From contig CAZIZX010000003.1 of assembly GCA_964544275.1 (NCBI GenBank), forward strand, positions 107,705 to 171,704: a DNA stretch of 64,000 nt. The letters are read 5' to 3'. This document shows, one piece after another, positions 11,002-21,196 of the stretch. Each line of letters opens with the position of its first letter. Positions within the stretch are counted from its first letter, which is position 1. The stretch is from an uncultured Gammaproteobacteria bacterium. Lineage in GTDB: Bacteria > Patescibacteriota > Microgenomatia > UBA12405. The translations under genes were made by a program, and so were the position numbers. Under the pieces are notes generated by a model. It worked only from the letters and a program-made list of their open reading frames with translations, made no database searches and was not told where the DNA came from.

Positions 11002-12023
11002 TGATCTCTTGGTTTTTGTTAGCCATAGCTATCTCATTCTTAATTAGCCTTGTTCTGACTCCGATGGTCAGAAATTTTTTTGTGTCCCGCAATTGGATCG
11101 AAGACCCTCAACACAAACAAAAGAAAACTCAGAATGCTACCGCCCAAACTCCAGTACCCCGTGGTGGCGGCCTCCCAGTGTTTTTCAGTGTATTAATTAC
11201 CTCTTTAATTTTGTTACCTGTAGATCGACATCTTTTGGCAATCCTCGTGGCTTCCTTTCTTACCTTGCTCATCGGTTTTTGGGATGATTTGCGAGACATT
11301 AGCCCTCATTTACGTTTATTAACCAACATTGCTGCTGCCGTTATCGTTGTTGCCTCAGGTATAGGAATTGCCTATGTTTCCAATCCTTTTGGTGGAATTA
11401 TCCATTTTTCCCAGAATTTATGGCTCCTGCCTGCCCTGTTGGCCATTTTCTGGATTACCTGGTGTATGAACACTGTCGGCTGGGCTGCTGGCGTCGAAGG
11501 CCAGCTTCCTGGTTTCGTTTCTATTGCCGCCATCTTTATCGGTATTTTAGGATTACGTTATTCCTCCGATATCACTCAGTGGCCAGTCATTATTCTAGCC
11601 GGCGCTGTTGCTGGTTCCTACTTGGGCTTCCTTCCTTTCAACTTCTTTCCCCAAACGATTATGCCCGGTTACAGCGGCAAAAGTTTAGCTGGATTTTATC
11701 TTTCCGTCCTCTCTATTCTGTCCGGAGCCAAACTTGCCACCCTTGTCCTGCTGCTTGGCATTCCTATGCTTGATGCTTTTTGGGTTATCCTGAAAAGGCT
11801 CAAACAAGGTAAGTCACCTTTCCGCTCAGACGCCAATCATCTTCATCATCAACTATTAAAAATTGGCTGGAGCCGTCGGCAAATTGCTCTCTTATACTGG
11901 TCAATTACTCTTACACTAGGACTTATCTCGCTCTTCCTCAATAGTCAGCAGAAATTCTACGTTTTTCTTGGTCTGGCCATATTGTTTTTTCTGTCTGTTT
12001 TTAGAATTTCTCGGCGTATTTAG
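11001..12023 (+). CDS. MraY/WecA-family polyprenyl-phosphate HexNAc-1-phosphate transferase
   Basis: TPVPRGGG, GFWDD, FNFFP and DANHLHH motifs, polytopic. Confidence 0.9.
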   Translation: MISWFLLAIAISFLISLVLTPMVRNFFVSRNWIEDPQHKQKKTQNATAQTPVPRGGGLPVFFSVLITSLILLPVDRHLLAILVASFLTLLIGFWDDLRDISPHLRLLTNIAAAVIVVASGIGIAYVSNPFGGIIHFSQNLWLLPALLAIFWITWCMNTVGWAAGVEGQLPGFVSIAAIFIGILGLRYSSDITQWPVIILAGAVAGSYLGFLPFNFFPQTIMPGYSGKSLAGFYLSVLSILSGAKLATLVLLLGIPMLDAFWVILKRLKQGKSPFRSDANHLHHQLLKIGWSRRQIALLYWSITLTLGLISLFLNSQQKFYVFLGLAILFFLSVFRISRRI

Positions 12024-12801
12024 CCGAGATCCACCCTTCAGTTCCGTTTTTCAAAGAAATTTTATACCACTCTCCCTCTTCTTCAATCAGGTCATAGTCT
12101 TCTCCTGGATTAACCCTTGCTACTTCACTGGCATTATTCGAAGCAGCGCTCCGTACTCTCAACCAACCCGTCTCGGTTTCTTTAATTTTCACTTTTTCGC
12201 TACCAGCCTCAAGCTCACTCACAATTTTTTCGCTGTCTACTGGCACGTACTCGCCTGCAACTTCTTCCCTGGCCAACTTACTTTCTACAATTAACTGATA
12301 CCCTTTTATGGCCTTTACATAAACATTAACACCCTTATATCCTGGATACGATATTGTTATTTGTCGATCTCCTTCTCCCACATCATCTAATTTAATAGGG
12401 GAGTATCCCTTGATTTCTCCGTCAACTGCTACAGCACACTTATTCGGTACTGCATTTATCAGTAACCCTGCTTTGTTTGTATCTCCTGTCTTTTCCAAAA
12501 ACAAAATATATCCACCACTGGATTTTTCAGATTTACCGATTTCCCAGTCGATTACTGTATTGATATTGTTTCTTAATTCAACCGCCCTTGACCACTCCCT
12601 GTCTGCCCCTACCAACCTTACTTCTAATTTCCCGGGAGTTAAAGAGGTGTTTTTATAGGGAGTCATCCCCGCTTCTTTTCCGTTAATGTATACTTTGGCT
12701 GTTGGATAACTCATGATCTCAATACCCGATTTTTGGGGCACCAAGTTACACCCGCCCAACACCACCGCCGCCAACAATATTATCACTATCCTTTTTGCCA
12801 T
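12001..12801 (-). CDS. Lipoprotein with PEGA domains and C-terminal SH3 domain
   Basis: Lipobox LGGC; SYPTAKVYINGKEAGMTP (PEGA); WLRVRS...WYKI...GWIS (bacterial SH3). Confidence 0.85.
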   Translation of the reverse strand: MAKRIVIILLAAVVLGGCNLVPQKSGIEIMSYPTAKVYINGKEAGMTPYKNTSLTPGKLEVRLVGADREWSRAVELRNNINTVIDWEIGKSEKSSGGYILFLEKTGDTNKAGLLINAVPNKCAVAVDGEIKGYSPIKLDDVGEGDRQITISYPGYKGVNVYVKAIKGYQLIVESKLAREEVAGEYVPVDSEKIVSELEAGSEKVKIKETETGWLRVRSAASNNASEVARVNPGEDYDLIEEEGEWYKISLKNGTEGWISAKYAEKF

Positions 12802-12830
12802 GCACCTATTTTATAATAAAGTAACTCCTC

Positions 12831-13823
12831 ATGTCGAAATCATTTTGGAAAACTATTCTATTATTACTCCTAATTTGCGTCATTTATCTTGCCTTTCTTA
12901 GTTTTTACCCGCACCCCTCATCTCTCCAGCCAGGCTCAAATTCTTCAAATCAATCCCAACCCGAACCGACAACCCCAATCGCCACCCCCACTCCCGCCTT
13001 GGTTACCATTGGTTTAGTCGGAGATTTGGGCTTAGGTCGCCACATTACTTCCACCGCTAGATCCAAAAACGACTTTTCCTGGAGTTTTCAGGGGACTACC
13101 GGCTGGCTTATTCAAAACGATTTTAATTTAGCTAATTTGGAAAGCCCAATTATTGATAATTGTCCTCACGGACCAACCGGCACTTTCACCTTTTGCGGCG
13201 ACACTCGCTTTCTTCCGTACTTGCAGCAAAATAAATTTTTCTTTAATCTTTCTAATAACCATATCCTCAACTATGGCCAAAGTGGCCTGACCCAGACGAA
13301 AAATTACCTCAATCAAATTCAGGTTCCCTTTGTCTATTCTCACTCACCTCAAAGCGAATTTACCCGTCATTCCGCCAACGGCATTACTCTTGGATTGCTG
13401 GGTTACGATTTCGTCACCTATCCCGATTTTGATCAAAAATCAGTTTTGGACAAGGTAGAACAATATAATTCACAAGTAGATTGGCTAATTGTATCTATCC
13501 ACTGGGGCAATGAATACCTTCCTCAACCCGAAACCTGGCGGGTTAAGTTTGCTCATCAGTTAATTGATGCTGGCGCTGATATCATTCATGGCCACCATCC
13601 GCACGTTTGGCAGGAACCTGAAACCTACAACGGTAAACTAATTTACTACTCTTTCGGTAACTTTATCTTTGATCAAAGTTGGTCGTACGAAACTTCTCAC
13701 ACCAACATAGTTCGTTTAACATTAACTCAAAACGAAGTTGTCGATAATCAAACTTTTCCCGTAGAAATCAAATTTAATTCTCAGCCGGTACTCTTGCCCA
13801 GACCCACTTCTTCCTTACTGTAA
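12831..13823 (+). CDS. CapA/PGA_cap-family metallophosphoesterase-like protein
   Basis: VGD, NLESP, NNHILNYG, HWGNEY, GHHPHV, YSFGNFIF motifs. Confidence 0.9.
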   Translation: MSKSFWKTILLLLLICVIYLAFLSFYPHPSSLQPGSNSSNQSQPEPTTPIATPTPALVTIGLVGDLGLGRHITSTARSKNDFSWSFQGTTGWLIQNDFNLANLESPIIDNCPHGPTGTFTFCGDTRFLPYLQQNKFFFNLSNNHILNYGQSGLTQTKNYLNQIQVPFVYSHSPQSEFTRHSANGITLGLLGYDFVTYPDFDQKSVLDKVEQYNSQVDWLIVSIHWGNEYLPQPETWRVKFAHQLIDAGADIIHGHHPHVWQEPETYNGKLIYYSFGNFIFDQSWSYETSHTNIVRLTLTQNEVVDNQTFPVEIKFNSQPVLLPRPTSSLL

Positions 13824-14389
13824 CTTGACATTTCTTTTAGCGCTTCTACAGCATCTTCCGGGGTCAACACTACCCTGACCACATCTTCTTCAATCTTTTC
13901 GAAATTCAAGTCTTTAACTATTGTCGGCACTATATTTTTCCAACATTCACCCACAAAAACCAAAGGTTCATGCTCTCCGTATTCAAACTTTGCCATTTGC
14001 CAGGTCATGCCCACCTCTGACAATGTTCCTGTCCCACCCTTGAAAATTAAAAAAGCGTCTGCTATTTCAATTAATTTATTTAATCTGTCCGAATAACAAT
14101 CGGTAGTAATCACTACATCGGCCGCCGTCACATTTTCTTCACTTACTCCTTCATAATTAGCCGGTTGCTTGGCAGGGTCCAAGACAACCACTTCCACCCT
14201 TCCCTCCGCTTCTTTGGCCCCCAAGGTGGCTGCTTGCATTACTCCTGGCCCGCCTCCATTGACGACTATATAACCGGCCCGTGCCAACAATCTTCCGGTC
14301 TCCATTGCCTGTAAATAGTGAATATCACTCGAATTAGCTGCTCCATCCCCCAAAATTGCCACCCGCATAATTCTTTTAGTTGTCTTCAT
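13781..14389 (-). CDS. LOG-family protein
   Basis: GGGPGVM and GGTGTLSE motifs. Confidence 0.85.
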   Translation of the reverse strand: MKTTKRIMRVAILGDGAANSSDIHYLQAMETGRLLARAGYIVVNGGGPGVMQAATLGAKEAEGRVEVVVLDPAKQPANYEGVSEENVTAADVVITTDCYSDRLNKLIEIADAFLIFKGGTGTLSEVGMTWQMAKFEYGEHEPLVFVGECWKNIVPTIVKDLNFEKIEEDVVRVVLTPEDAVEALKEMSSYSKEEVGLGKSTG

Positions 14390-15018
14390 ATCATTAATTT
14401 TAAACTAAAAAAATTTTTTTCCACATTTCCTCCAAAAATTGCCCCTCCCACATAAACTATATCTACTCCCGCCTCCTTGTAGCGGCCAATATTTTCACCG
14501 CTTACTCCTCCGTCGACGCCAATTACAAACTCCAACCCTCTTTCTTTTCTGATTCTATTTAACTTTTCTATTCTGTCAAAAATGTTTACCTCTGTTTCGG
14601 CTTCACCAAAACCCGCTTTTCTGGCCATCAATAACACCGCATCAATCTCATCTGGTATATCCTTAACTTCGCTTCCAACATCAAACGCTAACCCCGCTTC
14701 CATTCCACTATCTTTCACCTTTCCAATAAAGTTCCCTCTGTTCCTCATCATTTCCACCTGACCAATAACTCTCACTGCTCCCACATAAACACATTTTTCG
14801 ATCCATTTTTCCGGCTCTTTTACCATCAAGTGAATATCCCACAATAGTTGTTGTTCTTCGGCCAATCGGCTCAAAAGTTCCAGTTCGAACGATTTTCCTG
14901 GTGTAAAAATCCCGTCAATTACGTCAACTTGTGCCCATTTAACCAAATCTTTAATCAAGTCAATTTTCGTTTCTGCACTGACAAACTCTTTGTCCAGGAT
15001 CGTCGGAATTATATCCAT
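14386..15018 (-). CDS. rpe: Ribulose-phosphate 3-epimerase
   Basis: VDVIDGIF, DIHLMV, GVDGGV motifs. Confidence 0.9.
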   Translation of the reverse strand: MDIIPTILDKEFVSAETKIDLIKDLVKWAQVDVIDGIFTPGKSFELELLSRLAEEQQLLWDIHLMVKEPEKWIEKCVYVGAVRVIGQVEMMRNRGNFIGKVKDSGMEAGLAFDVGSEVKDIPDEIDAVLLMARKAGFGEAETEVNIFDRIEKLNRIRKERGLEFVIGVDGGVSGENIGRYKEAGVDIVYVGGAIFGGNVEKNFFSLKLMI

Positions 15019-15021
15019 TTT

Positions 15022-16062
15022 TTATTTATTTACATGGCATGCCATTTCAACCAACCGGCAGCTGTAACCATATTCATTATCATACCACGCACCAATTGAG
15101 ACCATATCATCCGACACCACCTTTGTCATTCGTGCATCCACAATACACGATGCATTGTTTCCAATAATGTCGCTCGATACCAAAGGTTCATAGGACACTT
15201 TCAGCTTGCCCACCATCTGTGTTGAAAAGCTGGCTTCTTCGAATAGAGAATTAATTTCTTCCACTGTTACCCTCCGCACTAACTTAAATGTCAAATCGGA
15301 ATACGACCCGCATACTACCGGCACCCTTATGGCCGTTCCCGTAAATCTGCCTCTAGCCTCGGGATAAGCCGCAATCACTGACTCGGCCGCCCCTGTAGAG
15401 GTTGGTACGATATTGATCGCTGCCGCCCTGGCTCTTCGCGGATCCTTGCTTACCCCATCTACAATATTTTGATTAGTTGTATAAGCATGAATTGTGGTCA
15501 GTACCCCCTCTTGAAATCCAATTTTCTCATCAATTAGTTTTACTATTCCGGCCACACAATTGGTGGTGCACGACCCGTTAGACACCAATTTCTCCTCTCT
15601 ATATTCATTCTCGTTTACTCCTAATATAAATATTGGAATCGATGCATCCTTCGGCGGAGCCGAAATCACCACCTTTTTGGCTCCGGCCTTAATATGTGCC
15701 TCTGCCTTCTTGTCAACAAACGCTCCGGTACACTCCAAAACCACGTCCACCCCGTATCTTTTCCATGGAATTTTTAAAGGATTCATTTCTCCCAGTATTG
15801 GAATTTCAATATCTCCTGCCACCAACCTTCCAATCTCGGCTGCTTTTTTCGGATCAACACCTTCAACTTTAAGGGGGATTCTTCCATAAACGGAATCATA
15901 TTTAAATTGAAAAGCCACGTCTTCAATTCCGTATTCTCCGGTCGTATTTATTGCCACCACCTCAACATCATATTTTTCCATCAAAATCGCTCTCAAAGCC
16001 ACCGTCCCGATTCGTCCGAAACCATTTATAGCGATCCGAGTCTGCTTTTTATTTTTTTTCAT
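15022..16062 (-). CDS. gap: Type I glyceraldehyde-3-phosphate dehydrogenase
   Basis: INGFGRIG, SNGSCTTNC, WYDNEYGYS. Confidence 0.97.
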   Translation of the reverse strand: MKKNKKQTRIAINGFGRIGTVALRAILMEKYDVEVVAINTTGEYGIEDVAFQFKYDSVYGRIPLKVEGVDPKKAAEIGRLVAGDIEIPILGEMNPLKIPWKRYGVDVVLECTGAFVDKKAEAHIKAGAKKVVISAPPKDASIPIFILGVNENEYREEKLVSNGSCTTNCVAGIVKLIDEKIGFQEGVLTTIHAYTTNQNIVDGVSKDPRRARAAAINIVPTSTGAAESVIAAYPEARGRFTGTAIRVPVVCGSYSDLTFKLVRRVTVEEINSLFEEASFSTQMVGKLKVSYEPLVSSDIIGNNASCIVDARMTKVVSDDMVSIGAWYDNEYGYSCRLVEMACHVNK

Positions 16063-16087
16063 AACAACATATTAAACTAAATAACGC

Positions 16088-17101
16088 TTATTCAAAAGTC
16101 GGTAGGCTGCCTTTTGTTAGCAATTCCAGCATCACCCCTCCTCCGGAGGCCACCAGGTCGATCTTGTTCGACAATCCCAATTTCAAGATTGACGCCCCCG
16201 TGTCTCCACCGGCAATTACCTTATAAGTTTCACTTTCTGCAATTGCTCTGGCAATTTCCTCAGTTCCTTTTCTATTGTCCTCCAACTCATAATAACCCAT
16301 TGCTCCAGCCCAGATGATAGTCTTTGATTTCTTAATTATGTCTTTAAATTTTTCTATATCATTATCACTCAAATCCAAACCATCATCTTTCAACTCGGCT
16401 ACTACGGCTTCACCCTTATCACCTTCTATAATTTTTGGCAATTTGCCCCCCACCAATACGTGATCAGCAATCTTGCTTAATTCCGGCAGATAATCCAGCT
16501 TGTCTTTCTTGGCTCCACCCAAAACCACAGTCAGCGGTCTTCGGGGTTCTTTAATAACCTTCAGAATTTTTTCTGCCTCTGCTACAAAACTTAAACCATA
16601 ATATCCAGGTATTTTTTGCCACAGCATAGTCGAGGCATTCTTTCGGTGAGCTACAGCAAAAGCATCATTTACATAAGCTTGTGCCAGTTTAATTATCGGT
16701 TCCAAAAAACTAAAATCGCCCTCTTCCTCCTCCTTCCAAAATCTCATATTTTCCAAAAACACTATTTGATTTATCTCCAACCCTTTTTCAATTATCTTTT
16801 TATCAATTTCCTCCACAAATACGCTATCAATCGTATTTTCACCCTCTGGTTCTAACAAGCTCATCAGCTCAAGATAAACCGGCTTTAGGGAATATACGGC
16901 CTCTCTTTTTTGCGGTCTACCCATATGCCCCAAAATAATAATCCGACACCTTTTCTGCAATAACAACCTGATCGTTTCCACCGACTTTTTCAACCTGCTG
17001 TTATCCAAAATTATACCCTCACTTACCGGCAAATCGCTGTCAATTCTCAAAACCACCCTCAAACCCTCTTTTACTCCTTCCACCGATCTAAGTATTTTCA
17101 T
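16088..17101 (-). CDS. pgk: Phosphoglycerate kinase (short form)
   Basis: HMGRP, LENMRF, VNDAFAVAHR, GGAK, GGDT, SGGG motifs. Confidence 0.93.
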   Translation of the reverse strand: MKILRSVEGVKEGLRVVLRIDSDLPVSEGIILDNSRLKKSVETIRLLLQKRCRIIILGHMGRPQKREAVYSLKPVYLELMSLLEPEGENTIDSVFVEEIDKKIIEKGLEINQIVFLENMRFWKEEEEGDFSFLEPIIKLAQAYVNDAFAVAHRKNASTMLWQKIPGYYGLSFVAEAEKILKVIKEPRRPLTVVLGGAKKDKLDYLPELSKIADHVLVGGKLPKIIEGDKGEAVVAELKDDGLDLSDNDIEKFKDIIKKSKTIIWAGAMGYYELEDNRKGTEEIARAIAESETYKVIAGGDTGASILKLGLSNKIDLVASGGGVMLELLTKGSLPTFE

Positions 17102-17534
17102 AAATTTTAATTTTATTAACTCTTCTCAGATGTCTTTCTTCCGAACTAAACTGCGTTTCCAAAAATACCCGAACTAACTCTACGTTTATGTCTTCGTCCA
17201 CAAAATCAGCGCTCAGGCACAAAACGTTCATATCATCGTCTTCTTTTGCCAACCTGACTTGTTTTTCTGATATCCCCATGCCCGCCCTTACTCCTTTTAC
17301 TTTATTGGCAGCCACACACATTCCTACTCCCGAACCGCAAATCAGGATACCCACATTTCTACCAATTACTACAGCTTCTCCCACTTTTATTGCAAAATCC
17401 GTATAATCGTCCTCGTTGTCATACTTTTGGTTACCCAGATCAACTACATCATAACCCCAAGTTCTTATCTCATCTTTTATCCGCTCTTTCAATTTAAAAC
17501 CCCGATGGTCAGATCCCACTATCACCGTTTTCAT
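17088..17534 (-). CDS. rpiB: Ribose-5-phosphate isomerase B
   Basis: GSDHRG, CGSGVG, ANKVKGVRA, RHLRRV. Confidence 0.95.
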   Translation of the reverse strand: MKTVIVGSDHRGFKLKERIKDEIRTWGYDVVDLGNQKYDNEDDYTDFAIKVGEAVVIGRNVGILICGSGVGMCVAANKVKGVRAGMGISEKQVRLAKEDDDMNVLCLSADFVDEDINVELVRVFLETQFSSEERHLRRVNKIKIYENT

Positions 17535-17569
17535 AAGATAATAATAACCAATGCTTTACAATAATCAAA

Positions 17570-18268
17570 ATGGACACTATTAAAATAGGGGACCAACTTT
17601 ATAAATATTCCTTGAAAAGAAAGTCGATTCGCTCTCTTAGGCTCAAACTGAAATCCCGTAATTCTTTTGAAATCACTTGTCCTCTTCTTACTCCTAGTTT
17701 TACAATCACTCGCTTTCTTGCTCAAAATAGCAACTGGATAATAAAAAATAGCCAAAAGATACACAAGATATCTCCCGTAACTTCCCTCAGGCATATCTCT
17801 ATCATTGGTGAAAAATATCAATTTCTTATCGCCAAAGCATCGAAACAATCGCTCATTATCAATCAAAAAGAACACAAAATTTATCTGTATACCAAACAAA
17901 TAACCCAATCCCACGTTAAAAATTTATTTGAAAAAGAATTCAAAAAAGTATCCCTTTCTCTAATCAAGTACCATTTAAATCAACTCAAAATCCAATATGG
18001 CTTTACTTATAACCGGGTTTCAGTCAAAAATCAACGTTCTCGCTTCGCTTCCTGTTCATCACAAGGTAATTTAAATTTTAATTGGCAAATTATATTTTTC
18101 CCTGCCGATAAATTTCTTCACCTTCTTCTTCATGAGTTAACTCATCTTGACATCAAAAATCATTCCAAAAGTTTCTATGACCAACTGGGGAAATACGATC
18201 CAAATTATAAAGCCAACAACCGCTGGCTTTCCACCCAGGGCCGAAAACATTACCTTATCCAGCCCTAA
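17570..18268 (+). CDS. YgjP/DUF45-family zinc metallohydrolase
   Basis: QRSRFASCS, HELTH (HExxH), NHSKSF. Confidence 0.85.
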   Translation: MDTIKIGDQLYKYSLKRKSIRSLRLKLKSRNSFEITCPLLTPSFTITRFLAQNSNWIIKNSQKIHKISPVTSLRHISIIGEKYQFLIAKASKQSLIINQKEHKIYLYTKQITQSHVKNLFEKEFKKVSLSLIKYHLNQLKIQYGFTYNRVSVKNQRSRFASCSSQGNLNFNWQIIFFPADKFLHLLLHELTHLDIKNHSKSFYDQLGKYDPNYKANNRWLSTQGRKHYLIQP

Positions 18269-19029
18269 AACTCAATTTCTATTCCCACCGGACTATGGTC
18301 TGAACCCATCACTTCATCCAAGATAAATGCCTCTTTTACTTTTGGCATTAAACTCTCATCCACGAACACATAATCAATTCTCCAGCCAACGTTTCGCAAC
18401 CTTGCCCTGCTCCTCTGGCTCCACCAGGAATATTTAACCTTATTTGGTTGTAAAGCCCGGAAAGTGTCCACATATCCGTTTTCAACCACCTTGTCAATCC
18501 ATCTTCTTTCCTCTTTCAGAAATCCCGATATTAGTTCATTTTCCTTCGGCCTGGCCAGATCCATCTCTCGGTGAGCTGTATTCACATCCCCCAGAAAGAT
18601 TATTTTCTCTCCCTGGCTCCTTAGATTATTTATATACTTCAAAAAATACTCATAAAAATCCATCTTATAAAACAGTCTGGCCTTACTCATCTTACCGTTA
18701 GGAAAATATACATTAAGTAAAGTAAACTCGTTAAATTTTGTTATCAATACTCGTCCTTCTTTATCAAAATCTTCATTTTCCATTCCATTTATAATCATCT
18801 TTGGTTCAATTTTAGTGTAAGTTGCTATTCCCGAATAACCCGCCCTTTCCGCCGAATTCCAATAACTGTAATAATTATCGGGTAAGCTGGCTCCCTCAGG
18901 CACCTGTTCTGCCATCGCCTTCACTTCCTGGAAGCAAAAAATATCCGCCCTCTCACTTTTCATAAATCCACCTAATCCTTTTTTGGCAGCCGCCCTTATC
19001 CCGTTAATATTCCACGATATTATTTTCAT
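18265..19029 (-). CDS. xth: Exodeoxyribonuclease III
   Basis: SWNINGIRA, QEVK, GDVNTAH, GWRIDY, SDHSP. Confidence 0.95.
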   Translation of the reverse strand: MKIISWNINGIRAAAKKGLGGFMKSERADIFCFQEVKAMAEQVPEGASLPDNYYSYWNSAERAGYSGIATYTKIEPKMIINGMENEDFDKEGRVLITKFNEFTLLNVYFPNGKMSKARLFYKMDFYEYFLKYINNLRSQGEKIIFLGDVNTAHREMDLARPKENELISGFLKEERRWIDKVVENGYVDTFRALQPNKVKYSWWSQRSRARLRNVGWRIDYVFVDESLMPKVKEAFILDEVMGSDHSPVGIEIEF

Positions 19030-19066
19030 CTTTATAAATTATTTTATCAGTAGTACACTTAAATTC

Positions 19067-19840
19067 ATGGAAAACAACAAACCACTTGTCCCGTTTATAA
19101 TCATTTCTCTAGCTATTTTTCTTTCGGCCCTCTTTGTCTCTCGAACGCCGATCTATATTAGAAACACCGGCGGGGTCGAGTCTAATGGCAAAGTTTCCAA
19201 CACCATCTCCGTTACTGGTGACGGTCGAGTATCAGCCAAGCCCGATATGGTTCGTCTCAACCTTGGTTTTCAGGAAACTGCTTCTACTAGTCAGGTCGCT
19301 CTGGCCAGAGTTAATGAGAAAGTTACCTCTGCTATGTCAATCCTCAAAAACAACGGTATCTCTGATTCTGACATTACCACTAACAACCTCAATATCCACA
19401 CTGAATATGATTATTCTGGATCTTCCCGTCGGGTAATCGGTCAAAGAGCTTCTCAATCCCTCGAAATTAAAATCAAAAAAATTGACGCCAAGGCAGAAAA
19501 AGCCAGCAAAATTATCGACGAATTATCTGCCATCGACAATGTCCAGATGCACGGTATTTATTTTGATATTGAAGACAAATCAAAGCTCTTCTCTCAGGCT
19601 AGAGAGCTGGCTTTCAACAAAGCTCAACAAAAAGCCGAAGAACTGGCTAAACTGTCAAAAGTTAAGCTAACCAAACCGATTTCTATCTCGGACAGCACCT
19701 TTGACATTACCCCCATACCCTATATGTCAAATGTGGCCGAACTCAAAGCTTTGGATTCCTCCGCTGCCGGTAACACTCAAATTTCCAGTGGCGAGATGGA
19801 TATTTCCGCCAACCTCTCAATTCTTTGGGGTATTGAATAG
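19067..19840 (+). CDS. SIMPL/DUF541 domain protein
   Basis: TISVTGDGRVSAKPD and ARELAFNKAQQKAEELA; ATG at 19067 chosen. Confidence 0.85.
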   Translation: MENNKPLVPFIIISLAIFLSALFVSRTPIYIRNTGGVESNGKVSNTISVTGDGRVSAKPDMVRLNLGFQETASTSQVALARVNEKVTSAMSILKNNGISDSDITTNNLNIHTEYDYSGSSRRVIGQRASQSLEIKIKKIDAKAEKASKIIDELSAIDNVQMHGIYFDIEDKSKLFSQARELAFNKAQQKAEELAKLSKVKLTKPISISDSTFDITPIPYMSNVAELKALDSSAAGNTQISSGEMDISANLSILWGIE

Positions 19841-20305
19841 TTATTGAGCCAAAACTCTTCTGGAGCTTTTGTAAGCCAAAGGCAATAACTCTCTCAAACT
19901 GGTCACCACCACTTTGTCCATTTTTGAGTTGACCAAAACCATCTCTGTATCTTCCTGCCCCAAATTATCAACCGCTTCAAATATCATCTGTCGACAAGCT
20001 CCGCAGGGTGCCACTACTTCTTCAAAAAGTTCCTCTTCATTTAGTCCAATCACAATTATCCTTTCAATTTTAACAATTCCGTCATTTAAGGCCCTGTCTA
20101 GCGCCATCCTTTCCGCACAGGTACTGTTGTTGTACCTTTCTCTGGCGATATTAGCTCCGACATATTTTTTGCCATTCTCCGCTACCAGTAGTGCCCCAAC
20201 CCTGACGTCTCTTCCTTTGGGTACCACATCCTCTGCTGCCCGTCTGGCACTTTTAATTTCATCTTTAATCCTGTCATCTAGTTCGGTAAATCTTATTTGC
20301 TTCAT
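19841..20305 (-). CDS. cdd: Cytidine deaminase
   Basis: VGA, GANI, CAER and PCGACRQ zinc motifs. Confidence 0.88.
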   Translation of the reverse strand: MKQIRFTELDDRIKDEIKSARRAAEDVVPKGRDVRVGALLVAENGKKYVGANIARERYNNSTCAERMALDRALNDGIVKIERIIVIGLNEEELFEEVVAPCGACRQMIFEAVDNLGQEDTEMVLVNSKMDKVVVTSLRELLPLAYKSSRRVLAQ

Positions 20306-20331
20306 AACTTATGATAACCGATAGCTGCTAA

Positions 20332-21060
20332 TCAATCCAATTCTTTTAATCTCCCCTCAATTCTTATCAGGTCATTCAGCAGACACGCAAATGTTAACAA
20401 GTTACGTTTGGCTTGATTTAGCTTTCCCGCCTTATTCCATGTATGGTTGGTAACATCTATCAGGTGTAATTTTTCTCCATCCCAAATTAAATTTCTGGCC
20501 GCCAATAGCGATCTTGCTTTAAATTTTGTTCTCAAGCTACACTCTTTTTTTACACTAAAACCCATGTAATCAGCCCACCTTCCTGATTTTATGGCATTAA
20601 TCATCAAGCCCGTTCCAAAAGTCCTTAACTCTTTCAGTAATTTTTTGTCCGACCAAATCTCCTCTTCACCTATTTCGCCCACCACTTTCCCTTCAACCCA
20701 GGGTTGTATTTGAATTTCTGCCAGATTTGTACTCTCAACCCTTCCGATTACAAACTGAGTTCTGGTCACAAACTGCGACAATGGCCCGTCTCTTAATTGT
20801 TCATATTCCATTCTGTCATTTCGGGTAATTTTATCGACATCAACTTCTGGACTATTCCCGTTAGGTTCATACTCATGAATTTTTACGGCAAAACTACCAG
20901 TTCTAAAACATCTGCAAAATGCCCCCTTGGCTACCTCTTCACTTCCGCTCAAAGCCAAAGGCAACTGATTATTTATCGGTATCACTCGAGGACAGGCCAG
21001 ATCCAGATCTCTTACCAGGCCCGGCGATATTACCGGTCTGGCAACTGTTTCCTTGATCAT
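20332..21060 (-). CDS. Hypothetical protein, possibly protein-kinase-like fold
   Basis: GAFCRCF, AVK, QPWVEG, RNLI, LIDV occur in kinase-like order. Confidence 0.5.
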   Translation of the reverse strand: MIKETVARPVISPGLVRDLDLACPRVIPINNQLPLALSGSEEVAKGAFCRCFRTGSFAVKIHEYEPNGNSPEVDVDKITRNDRMEYEQLRDGPLSQFVTRTQFVIGRVESTNLAEIQIQPWVEGKVVGEIGEEEIWSDKKLLKELRTFGTGLMINAIKSGRWADYMGFSVKKECSLRTKFKARSLLAARNLIWDGEKLHLIDVTNHTWNKAGKLNQAKRNLLTFACLLNDLIRIEGRLKELD

Positions 21061-21120
21061 TAGACCTATATTATAACTCTTTTTTGTTAATACCTTTCTT
21101 GGTATAATTTTGACTGCATT

Positions 21121-21192
21121 CCAGCGGTAGCCGAGCGGTTAGGCAACAGTCTGTAAAACTGTCTTAGGCAGGTTCGACTCCTGCCCGCTGGA
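21121..21192 (+). tRNA. tRNA-Tyr(GTA), archaeal-type C1:G72, short variable loop
   Basis: Cloverleaf: CCAGCGG/CCGCTGG-A acceptor, ACAGT-CTGTAAA-ACTGT anticodon arm, 5-nt variable loop, GCAGG-TTCGACT-CCTGC T arm; no encoded CCA. Confidence 0.92.
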
Positions 21193-21196
21193 CTTA

